NCBI GenBank assembly: GCA_041654095.1
Contig: JBAZED010000007.1
Coordinates: 585 to 64,584 of the forward strand
Origin: Bacilli bacterium
GTDB taxonomy: Bacteria > Bacillota_I > Bacilli_A > RFN20 > CAG-826
Direction of reading: 5' to 3'
Length of the DNA stretch: 64,000 bases
Part shown: piece by piece, positions 38,718 through 47,158 of the stretch
How positions within the stretch are numbered: the stretch's first letter is position 1
Layout of the letters: each line of letters opens with the position of its first letter
Notes under the pieces: model-generated
What the model saw: the letters and a program-made list of their open reading frames with translations, nothing else
The model's database searches: none
Told to the model about the DNA's origin: nothing
Position numbers and translations under genes: made by a program

Positions 38718-39969
38718 ATGGCAAAAACTACTTCTCGCCGTCGCTTCCGTTTTTGTCTTGTCGTCAAGCGGCGGTGGCCCTCTCGTCGAGCCAAGAGCCT
38801 CAGATATCAACCCCACCCACGATGTCAACATTCATTTTTTCTATAGCAATTACTGCGCGCATTGCTCTGACGAAAATACGTTTTTGGATGATATTCAAAG
38901 CGAATATGGTGAAAAGCTCCACGTCGTCAAATATCTCATCGACGAATTTATCAGCTTCGGAAATCCCAATCCGGATTACGTTTACAATACCGATCTAAAA
39001 GAAGATGTCGCTACCGTCTTTGAAATTCCGGCCTCAGAGCCGCTGACCAGCCTCGGTGGCAAAGCTTATTCGGGCTTTAATGCGGCGGTGGAATATTCCA
39101 TTCGACATTATGTCGAAAAATATCTGACGAGCGAGCACGTCGATGTCGTGACCAAAATTATGAACGGCGAAGCCATCGACTACGAAAACGACCTCGATCA
39201 TTCAGAACTCACGCTGATTGAATTGCCACTAATCGGGATCATCGAACCTAAGAACATCTCATTGGCACTGGTGGCGATGGTTTTGGGCTTTGTGGACGGA
39301 TTCAATCCTTGTGCGATGTGGGTCTTGCTCTTTCTGATTTCTCTTCTTCTTCCGAGCGGCAATCGCAAGCGCATCTTTATATTGGCCGGCACCTTTTTAT
39401 TGGCCTCAGCTGTATTCTATTTTGCCTTGATGATGGCGTGGATTAATACCGCCACCTTTATTGCTGCCAACTTAGCGTTCCGGATCATCGTCGGCGTTTT
39501 TGCGTTAGCGGCCGGCGGCTATAATCTCTATCAATTTATCAAGAGTATTCGCCAAAAAGACGTCGGCTGCGAAGTCACCGATGATAAACGGCGCGTGAAA
39601 TTGATGGATCGCGTCCAAAAAATCGTCAATCAAAACGTTTTGCTGCTAGCTATTCCAGGTGTCATCCTCTTAGCGGTCATCGTCAATTTCATCGAACTCG
39701 CCTGCTCGGCGGGTTTGCCTTTGGTCTTTGCCAACATCATGGCGTTAAATGGCCTGGGCGGATGGTCGAGTCTCGGTTATGTTTTAATTTATATTTTCTT
39801 CTTTATCCTCGACGATCTCGTCGTCTTCACAATCGTGATGCTGACCTTGAAAATCAAGGTTGTCTCCAATAAGATTGCCCGCTACAATCATTTAATCGGC
39901 GGTATCCTCATGATTGTCATCGGCATCCTCATGATTTTTTTACCAAGAATATTGCAGTTTAATTTTTGA
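38707..39969 (+). CDS. Thioredoxin-domain / CcdA(DsbD)-type transmembrane thiol-disulfide transporter fusion
   Basis: N-terminal signal plus Trx-like domain (YCAHC). Membrane domain with the DsbD/CcdA motif GFNPCAMWV and a second Cys in IELACSAG. Confidence 0.65.
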   Translation: MLNKWQKLLLAVASVFVLSSSGGGPLVEPRASDINPTHDVNIHFFYSNYCAHCSDENTFLDDIQSEYGEKLHVVKYLIDEFISFGNPNPDYVYNTDLKEDVATVFEIPASEPLTSLGGKAYSGFNAAVEYSIRHYVEKYLTSEHVDVVTKIMNGEAIDYENDLDHSELTLIELPLIGIIEPKNISLALVAMVLGFVDGFNPCAMWVLLFLISLLLPSGNRKRIFILAGTFLLASAVFYFALMMAWINTATFIAANLAFRIIVGVFALAAGGYNLYQFIKSIRQKDVGCEVTDDKRRVKLMDRVQKIVNQNVLLLAIPGVILLAVIVNFIELACSAGLPLVFANIMALNGLGGWSSLGYVLIYIFFFILDDLVVFTIVMLTLKIKVVSNKIARYNHLIGGILMIVIGILMIFLPRILQFNF

Positions 39970-39997
39970 TCATTTACGTATCGAATAATGGCAGTTT

Positions 39998-41392
39998 TTA
40001 CTGATGGCGCTCAACTTCGAAACGCTCGAGAGTGTAAGGCTCATCAGGATCAATTCCAGCTTTGCGAAGGGCGATGGAAATTTGTTCCCCAACAGTTTTA
40101 ATGCCTTCTAAATTCGGCAAGAGCAAACCGCTCCTTCCACCGCGGCGGACGATGATGCCGTATTTCTTGATGTCCAGCTCTTTTAGCGATGATATTTTCT
40201 CGGCGTCTTTCAAGACATCGACGCTATAAACTAAATCGGGGAGTTCGCTGATGGTGACTGCTGAAAAACGCGGGTCATCGGTACCCGACGAAATGGCGTT
40301 TTGAATGATTTCTTGGGCAACTGAGCTCGTCGTCGGACGGATCGTTCCGATGCAACCGCGCAGCTTGCCGTGCTTTTTAATGCTGACGAAAACGCCGGCT
40401 CGTGTATTCAGCAATTCAGGCGGCGACTTATCTATTGATATAGTATTGCCAAGCTTAACATAGGTTTCCAGAGTAAAACGCGCTAAAGATACATGCGGAT
40501 CTTCGTTTTTACGAACCAAGGCCAACTCGCGGTTTTCTACTTTTTCGTGCTGCTCGCCATAGTTGCGCTTTTGATCGGAATCAACGATTTGGAAAGACGC
40601 GATGGCATAGCCGACTCCGAAAGGACCTTCATAGGAGAGGAGTTGCGACTTGATAGACAGCCGATCCAAAAGGCCGGCTAAAACCATCAAGGAGTGAAAG
40701 CCGCATTCGCCGGCACCTTCAACGATATTTGGATCTAGAGAGAACAGCTCGAGGAAATTTCCAATCTTCAATATCTCGCATATGCGACTATCAAAGAGTG
40801 GGCCTTCTTCAGCAAATCCATAGGGACCATCGCTTTTGAGCATGTGTGACAAGTCGCCACTGGCGATAAAAACATATTTCTTGTCACTATTTTTCTTAAT
40901 TACATTTTGGATGAGCCGGCCATAGTTATAGTGGCTGAGCAATGGCAGCCCGGAAAAAGATAGGCGGACAACTTTAAAATTTGTGTATTGTTTATTTATA
41001 AAAAATAAAGGAATCATTATCCCATGATCGAGCTTGGTGTTTTGGCGGCCGCTTGTTCCGGCTGGAAAATCCTTGGCTCCGGCTTCTTTTATGAGCGCTT
41101 GGACGAAATCTTGGTCGTGTGAGACATTGAATGTAATTGAGGGTGCGTGGAAAGAATCAAAATCGCCCTTGCTCGAGGAACCGCTTTCAACTCGATAATA
41201 ATCTTCGTATGTATAAGCGTGAGGCGAGATAACTATAATCGTGTCCGGTGCGAATCTCGCAATTTCCTCGGCGATTTTTTGATAGGCGTCAATCGTTTTT
41301 TTGATGCCTCTTTCTTCGCCTTTGCCAATCTGCGGAATGATCAATGGGGGATGAGGAACAAAATATGCGCGAAGGTTTTTCATGTTAAACAT
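39998..41392 (-). CDS. Fusion protein: class III extradiol dioxygenase/MEMO-like (LigB fold) N-domain + AMMECR1 C-domain (AmmeMemoRadiSam system)
   Basis: C-terminal AMMECR1 motif GVFVSIKKHGKLRGCIGT. N-terminal PHPPLIIP…VISPH, as in LigB/Memo-type proteins. Overlaps the partner radical SAM gene by 8 nt. Confidence 0.65.
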   Translation of the reverse strand: MFNMKNLRAYFVPHPPLIIPQIGKGEERGIKKTIDAYQKIAEEIARFAPDTIIVISPHAYTYEDYYRVESGSSSKGDFDSFHAPSITFNVSHDQDFVQALIKEAGAKDFPAGTSGRQNTKLDHGIMIPLFFINKQYTNFKVVRLSFSGLPLLSHYNYGRLIQNVIKKNSDKKYVFIASGDLSHMLKSDGPYGFAEEGPLFDSRICEILKIGNFLELFSLDPNIVEGAGECGFHSLMVLAGLLDRLSIKSQLLSYEGPFGVGYAIASFQIVDSDQKRNYGEQHEKVENRELALVRKNEDPHVSLARFTLETYVKLGNTISIDKSPPELLNTRAGVFVSIKKHGKLRGCIGTIRPTTSSVAQEIIQNAISSGTDDPRFSAVTISELPDLVYSVDVLKDAEKISSLKELDIKKYGIIVRRGGRSGLLLPNLEGIKTVGEQISIALRKAGIDPDEPYTLERFEVERHQ

Positions 41393-42260
41393 TTCCTAAG
41401 TGTATTATTTTGAGGCCGGCTTTTTGGCCGATGGAGCGGGCTAGATACAAGGATTCAAGCGGTGTTGCTTTGGCGCTCAACATCCGCCACGCGGGAAAGA
41501 AGCGACTGATATGCCACGGCACATCCGTTCCCAAATTACTGGCAATTTGCTGGACTAGCTCTTCGATTTGCTCTTTGGAATCGTTAAGGCCGGGAATGAG
41601 CAAAGTGGTTATTTCAATGTGAATACCGCCTTTTTGCATTGTTTTAAGGTTGCTTATGATGGTTTTCAAATTTCCGCCGCAATGGTTTTGATAAAATTCG
41701 TCGTTTGGGCCTTTGATGTCGATGTTGGCGGCATCGAGATAAGGAAGGATTAAATTGAGCGTTTCTTCGCTCATGAAACCGTTGCTCACCCAGACATTTT
41801 TTAGGCCCTTTTCTTTAGCGAGCTTCATGGTCTCGAGAGCGTATTCCAAAAAGACGGTTGGCTCACTATAGGTGTAGGCAATTGACGGTGTACGAAATTT
41901 GAGGGCGCGCTCGACGTGTTCACTCGGTGATACTTCCTCGCCATCAACTACATACTCATTATTCGACATTTGCGAAATGTCGTAGTTTTGACACCACGGG
42001 CAGTGCATATTGCATCCCACGGCCGCGAATGAATAGATCTCCGATTTCGGTAAGAAGTGATAGAGCGGCTTCTTCTCAATCGGATCGATGGCGGCGGCGA
42101 CGCAAAGGCCATAATTTATAGAGTAAAGCGTCCCGCTGATGTTGGAACGTACGCGGCAAATTCCGCGATGGCCGGGCGCGATTAAGCAGCGGTGGCCGCA
42201 AGTGTGGCAACGGACATTGCCATTTGGCAACTTTTCGTAGAGGAGAGCTTCTTTCATCAT
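41385..42260 (-). CDS. AmmeMemoRadiSam system radical SAM enzyme (PflA-like)
   Basis: N-terminal Cys-rich motif CHTCGHRC and the radical SAM cluster CNMHCPWCQN. Confidence 0.8.
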   Translation of the reverse strand: MMKEALLYEKLPNGNVRCHTCGHRCLIAPGHRGICRVRSNISGTLYSINYGLCVAAAIDPIEKKPLYHFLPKSEIYSFAAVGCNMHCPWCQNYDISQMSNNEYVVDGEEVSPSEHVERALKFRTPSIAYTYSEPTVFLEYALETMKLAKEKGLKNVWVSNGFMSEETLNLILPYLDAANIDIKGPNDEFYQNHCGGNLKTIISNLKTMQKGGIHIEITTLLIPGLNDSKEQIEELVQQIASNLGTDVPWHISRFFPAWRMLSAKATPLESLYLARSIGQKAGLKIIHLGNV

Positions 42261-42676
42261 TTTTATTGTAACCTAAATTCGAAAACATGGTATTCGTATC
42301 GCCAAAATCGAAAATATTTTTTTGTGATGGACAAGGCACTATGTATAATAGAAGCAAGATGGAACAAAAGGGAGGTTAATCCATTATTCACCAAAGATAG
42401 CGCCTGGCCTTCTAATAAAGAAGGTGACGAGGAACAAGGTTTTCGAAAGATTCGGCGGGTGCCTTGTCGGCCCAAGTGGTCGTTAGAGCGGGGACAAAAT
42501 CATAGAGCCCCAATCATGCTTAGCTTTTCATCTTAAATACATCGATTTATTCGATATATAAATAGTGGATTTCATTTTATATATGTAGATTCGAAATGCT
42601 TTCTGCATGGATACTGCTTTTTTAGTTATGAGCGAGAATCCCTATCTTTTGTATTGAAATAATTGGAGTAATAAAT

Positions 42677-44758
42677 ATGGAAAAACAAGTTGTTATTGAA
42701 GATTTCGGTAAAAAGCAATTCAACGAAAAGGTCATGCGAAATTCGCTGCCTTTATCAGTTTTTGAAAAATGGCAACAGGCTTTGTGCAATGAGACGCAAA
42801 TCGACCGCGAAACCGCGGACGCCATCGCCCATGCCATGAAAATATGGGCCATCGACTTAGGCGCCACCCATTTCTGTCATTGGTTTCAACCGATGACGGG
42901 GTTGACGGCCGAAAAGCACGAAGCCTTTGTGCAGATGGATAGTGACGGCCAGCCCATCGCCCGTTTGTCGGGCAAGTCCCTCCTCAAAGGGGAAACGGAT
43001 GGATCGTCGTTCCCTAATGGCGGACTTCGGACCGCCTTTGAAGCGCGCGGATATACGTATCTCGATATCACTTCGTACGCTTTTGTGCGTGGACATGTCT
43101 TATTTATCCCTTGCGTGTTTGTCAGTTATACCGGGGCAAAGCTAGATCAGAAATTGCCTCTTTTGGTCGCTCTTGAAAAAATGAATGCCAGCGCTTCGGA
43201 TGTGTTGAGAAAATTCGGCATCGATAATTTTAAATCTGTCAAGGCAATGATTGGCCTCGAACAAGAATACTTCCTCGTCGACAAAGAACAAGCCGGCAAA
43301 CGGCCCGACATCATGTTCGCCGGCAAAACATTGTTCGGAGAGAGCATGCCCAAAGATCAAGGCATGAATGATCACTATTTTGGAGCCTTAACCGAACGCG
43401 TTTCTTCATTTATGAAGGAAGTAAACCAGAAGTGTTGGGAAGTCGGCATCTTTGCTTCGACCGAACATAATGAAGTCGCCCCAGGACAATACGAATTTGT
43501 CAGCATCTTCACCAACGTCAATGTCGCTGTCGATCAAAACATGGTCGTCATGGATATTCTCAAGAGAATGGCGTTACGCCACGATTTAATCTGCTTACTA
43601 AATGAGAAGCCATTCGATGGCGTAAACGGTTCCGGAAAGCACAACAACTTCTCGCTGATGACCGATACCGGCCTTAATCTTTTTGAGATGGGCGACGGTG
43701 CGACTTCAAATCTCCGTTTTTTAGTCTTCGCGAGCGCTTTTATTCAGACTGTCGATCGCTATGCCACCTTAATTCGCATGTCGTGTTCAGATGCCGGAAA
43801 TGATTATCGCCTTGGCGGTCATGAAGCCCCTCCGGCTATCGTCTCGGTTTTTCTCGGGGATAATCTCCATCGCGTCTTTGACCAATTGGCGAGCAAACCG
43901 AACATCACACCAGTTGAGCTAGAAAAAATGTATTCACCGATCAATAATTTATCAGCTCTTCCACTAGACATCACCGACCGCAACCGGACTTCGCCCGTGT
44001 CGTTCACCGGTAACAAATTTGAAATCCGAATCCTCGGTTCTTCGCGCAGTGCCTCGGCTCTCAACACCACTCTTTTAGCGGGACTCGCCGAAGCCTTATC
44101 GGAAATAAATGCTAAGCTCGACGGCGTCAGCAAAGAAGAATTATCGTCTGTGGTCATCAAAATCACCCACGAAATTCTCGTTGAGCATCATCGCGTCTTA
44201 TTCGCCGGAGACGGCTATAGTCAAGAATGGAAAGACGAAGCCCAACGGCGCGGTTTGGATAATTATCCAAGCTACATCGATAGTGTCGAGACCTTAAAAG
44301 ACCCACGTGTTCGAAAGATGCTTGCGAGCTTAGGCGTTTTGAGCGAAGCGGAAATCGACGCCCGTTACGACATTTATTATAACGAATTCATCCAGACGGT
44401 TTTGACCCAGGGAAAGACGCTGATTTCGATGGTCGATAAAGGTATCATGCCAGCTTTGATCAAGACCGTGGCTTTTTATAAAAATGCCGATCTCACCATC
44501 AACTCCGCCAGCCCTTCTCTTTCGAAGCGAATTCAAGAAGGTCTCCACCTCATCGACGAGCTCTATCACGACAACGAATTGTTGAATGCCTCGGTCCGCG
44601 TCGCTTCGGAGCATCGCGATAAAAAGAAAGCCGCTGATATTTGCCTTAAAAACATTCGCCCGCTTTTGCAATCGATCAAGGAATCGTGCAATCGAGCCGA
44701 GCACATGATGCCGAAGGATTATTATCCTTATCCGACGCTTGCCGATTTAATTGTATAA
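42677..44758 (+). CDS. glnN: Glutamine synthetase type III (GlnN)
   Basis: 693 aa, GS-III length and N-terminus (…IDLGATHFCHWFQP…). Catalytic-domain motifs NGSGKHNN and FEIRILGSS. Confidence 0.8.
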   Translation: MEKQVVIEDFGKKQFNEKVMRNSLPLSVFEKWQQALCNETQIDRETADAIAHAMKIWAIDLGATHFCHWFQPMTGLTAEKHEAFVQMDSDGQPIARLSGKSLLKGETDGSSFPNGGLRTAFEARGYTYLDITSYAFVRGHVLFIPCVFVSYTGAKLDQKLPLLVALEKMNASASDVLRKFGIDNFKSVKAMIGLEQEYFLVDKEQAGKRPDIMFAGKTLFGESMPKDQGMNDHYFGALTERVSSFMKEVNQKCWEVGIFASTEHNEVAPGQYEFVSIFTNVNVAVDQNMVVMDILKRMALRHDLICLLNEKPFDGVNGSGKHNNFSLMTDTGLNLFEMGDGATSNLRFLVFASAFIQTVDRYATLIRMSCSDAGNDYRLGGHEAPPAIVSVFLGDNLHRVFDQLASKPNITPVELEKMYSPINNLSALPLDITDRNRTSPVSFTGNKFEIRILGSSRSASALNTTLLAGLAEALSEINAKLDGVSKEELSSVVIKITHEILVEHHRVLFAGDGYSQEWKDEAQRRGLDNYPSYIDSVETLKDPRVRKMLASLGVLSEAEIDARYDIYYNEFIQTVLTQGKTLISMVDKGIMPALIKTVAFYKNADLTINSASPSLSKRIQEGLHLIDELYHDNELLNASVRVASEHRDKKKAADICLKNIRPLLQSIKESCNRAEHMMPKDYYPYPTLADLIV

Positions 44759-44780
44759 TCTATCCTAGGAGGAATCGCTC

Positions 44781-46559
44781 ATGTGTGGAATTGTCGGCGG
44801 AGTATCGTCAAAACCTATTAAGGAATACCTAATTAACGGACTTAAAACCATCGAATACCGCGGCTATGATTCAGCGGGTATCGCCGTTTTTGAACAGCGT
44901 GATTGGCAAATATTTAAAATGCGCGGTCGCGTAGACGATTTGGATAAAGCGCTTCCTAAAACCCTTTCTGCCACGGTGGGCATTGGACACACGAGATGGG
45001 CGACGCACGGCGAACCATCCGCCGCGAATGCTCATCCTCACGAAAGCCACAGCGGATTAGTCGCAATCGTCCATAATGGCGTAATCGAAAACTTCCGCAT
45101 CTTAAAAAATGATCTATTAGCGAAAGGCTATTCGTTTAAGAGCGAAACAGACACCGAAGTAATTGCGAATCTGCTCGAAGAACAATACCTGCAAATAAAA
45201 GACCCTCTTAAAGCTCTCAGCAAGACCATTCAACTTCTCAAAGGAACGTATGCGCTGGCCATTCTCTTTAAAGAAGAATCTGAGCGCGTCTATTTTGCCA
45301 AAAGACGCTCACCCCTTTTGATCGGCCATTCCGAATATGGGAACTATTTAGCGTCCGATTATCTTCCGATGTTAAAGGTCGCTAAGCAGTTCGTGGCCAT
45401 CGGCGATCATCAATACGGCTACATCAGCCGCGATGAAATCAAGATGTTTGATCAAGATGAGCACTCGATGGATATCTCCTATCATACGACGAATTTGAAA
45501 GCGGAAGCCCTCGACTTAAATGGCTACCCCCATTATATGCTCAAGGAAATCGAAGAAGCCTATGATTGCATCGAGATCCTGATCGACAACTACTTTGATG
45601 ATACTTCGTTTCTTTTTGACAAGCAGATGCTGAAGGATATTAAGGATGCAGATAATATCGTCTTCCTAGCTTGTGGAACGAGCTACCATGCCTCCCTCCT
45701 CGGCAGTCGCTTTTTTAGAAGTGCGGGGAAGAAGGCTGATGTCTACATCGCGAGCGAATGGGCTTTCTATCCATATTCCTCCGAATTAAACACCGTTTAT
45801 ATCGTCGTTAGTCAATCGGGTGAAACCGCTGATTTAATTCACTGCATGTCAGTGATTAAGAAGATGGGCGGGAAAGTGATTACGGTCACCAATACCCAAG
45901 GATCAACATTATCGCGCAGTGCCCTTTTTACCATCTTGCTTTATGCCGGCATCGAAGTGGCGGTGGCTTCGACAAAGGCTTATGTTGCCCAAGTGACGAT
46001 CTTGGCATTACTAGCTGCCGCTCTTCAAGGAAAGACAGATGTCATTGACGACCTCCGAAAGGTTATCATCGCCCAACAGGGAATTATTACTAATCATGAA
46101 GCAATCAAGATACTCGCCGATTATATAGCTGCCAAGGAAGATGTCTATTTCCTCGGTCGTGGCGCCGATTACGATCTGGCGCTCGAATGTTCTCTCAAGC
46201 TTAAAGAAATCACTTATATTCACAGCGAAGCTTTTCCGGGTGGTGAATTGAAACACGGCCCAATTGCGCTGATTGAAAAAGGCACGCCGGTCATCGGCTT
46301 TATCTCTGATGAACGAACGGCAGAACCAATGCGTTCGAACTTTCACGAAGTGGCTGCTCGTGGTGCTCGCGTTATTTGTGTCTCATCAAAATCCATCGCT
46401 CACGCTGAAGATGATTTTGTCGTCAGCGATGTCCCAATCTATTTAAGTTCGCTCGTCAAAGTTCTCTTTGGACAATATCTCGCTTATTACGTTTCTTTAA
46501 AGCGCGGTCTTAACATCGACAAACCGCGCAACTTAGCGAAATCGGTGACAGTAGAATAG
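44781..46559 (+). CDS. glmS: Glutamine--fructose-6-phosphate aminotransferase (GlmS)
   Basis: N-terminal nucleophile MCGIVGG, two SIS domains, C-terminal …KSVTVE. Confidence 0.9.
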   Translation: MCGIVGGVSSKPIKEYLINGLKTIEYRGYDSAGIAVFEQRDWQIFKMRGRVDDLDKALPKTLSATVGIGHTRWATHGEPSAANAHPHESHSGLVAIVHNGVIENFRILKNDLLAKGYSFKSETDTEVIANLLEEQYLQIKDPLKALSKTIQLLKGTYALAILFKEESERVYFAKRRSPLLIGHSEYGNYLASDYLPMLKVAKQFVAIGDHQYGYISRDEIKMFDQDEHSMDISYHTTNLKAEALDLNGYPHYMLKEIEEAYDCIEILIDNYFDDTSFLFDKQMLKDIKDADNIVFLACGTSYHASLLGSRFFRSAGKKADVYIASEWAFYPYSSELNTVYIVVSQSGETADLIHCMSVIKKMGGKVITVTNTQGSTLSRSALFTILLYAGIEVAVASTKAYVAQVTILALLAAALQGKTDVIDDLRKVIIAQQGIITNHEAIKILADYIAAKEDVYFLGRGADYDLALECSLKLKEITYIHSEAFPGGELKHGPIALIEKGTPVIGFISDERTAEPMRSNFHEVAARGARVICVSSKSIAHAEDDFVVSDVPIYLSSLVKVLFGQYLAYYVSLKRGLNIDKPRNLAKSVTVE

Positions 46560-46670
46560 GCTGTTGTTCATCTCTGAGCACAATATTGGCACTCCCATCT
46601 TGACAGTGCTAAAATTTATGCTACAATGATAGTGCCCCTTAAGGGGAGCACTGAAAAAGGAGGTGAAAAT

Positions 46671-47099
46671 ATGAAAAATAGAAAAGGAGAATTAGTTCTT
46701 CATGACCCATTTTTCGACGATTTTTTCCCACTTGACCTCTTCAAGACGGACTGGCCCAACACTTGGCGGACGAACACGATGAAAACCGATATCGTCGCCA
46801 AGGATGGCCACTTCGAATTGATGGTTGACCTACCAGGTGTAGCCAAGGAAAACGTCGAGATTTCACTTGAAAACGGCTATCTATCAATTAAGGCCGAGCA
46901 GAAAAATGAGATCGAGGATGACAGCGAGAACTACATCCATCGCGAGCGCACTTATCAAGCAGCGTGCCGCAACTTCTATGTCGGTGGCGATGTCGAAGAA
47001 AAAGACATCTCCGCGAAGATGGAAAACGGCGTGTTGACCGTCTCGGTTCCAAAGGAAACACGCAAAGTCGAACAAAAGCGGACGATCGAAATCCAATAA
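46671..47099 (+). CDS. Hsp20/alpha-crystallin family small heat-shock protein
   Basis: Alpha-crystallin domain (TDIVAKDGHFELMVDLPGVAKENVEI…GVLTVSVPK). Strong SD AAGGAGG. TTGACA-16-TGnTACAAT promoter at 46600-46627. Confidence 0.85.
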   Translation: MKNRKGELVLHDPFFDDFFPLDLFKTDWPNTWRTNTMKTDIVAKDGHFELMVDLPGVAKENVEISLENGYLSIKAEQKNEIEDDSENYIHRERTYQAACRNFYVGGDVEEKDISAKMENGVLTVSVPKETRKVEQKRTIEIQ

Positions 47100-47158
47100 C
47101 ATCCTACCAAAAAAGACGTTCAGAAATTCTGAGCGCCTTTTTCTTATGCTGGCTGAGA

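Noticed and set aside
44759-44780. glmS ribozyme
   Set aside because: Only 22 nt separate glnN and glmS, so there is no room for the ~170-nt ribozyme.
46631-46652. CIRCE (HrcA operator) upstream of hsp20
   Set aside because: The palindrome half-sites (AGTGC…GCACT) are in the opposite arrangement to CIRCE (TTAGCACTC-N9-GAGTGCTAA), and the spacer is shorter.
46626-46670. 15-codon extension of the hsp20 ORF
   Set aside because: The extension would start inside the promoter -10 element, and the internal Met has a perfect SD.
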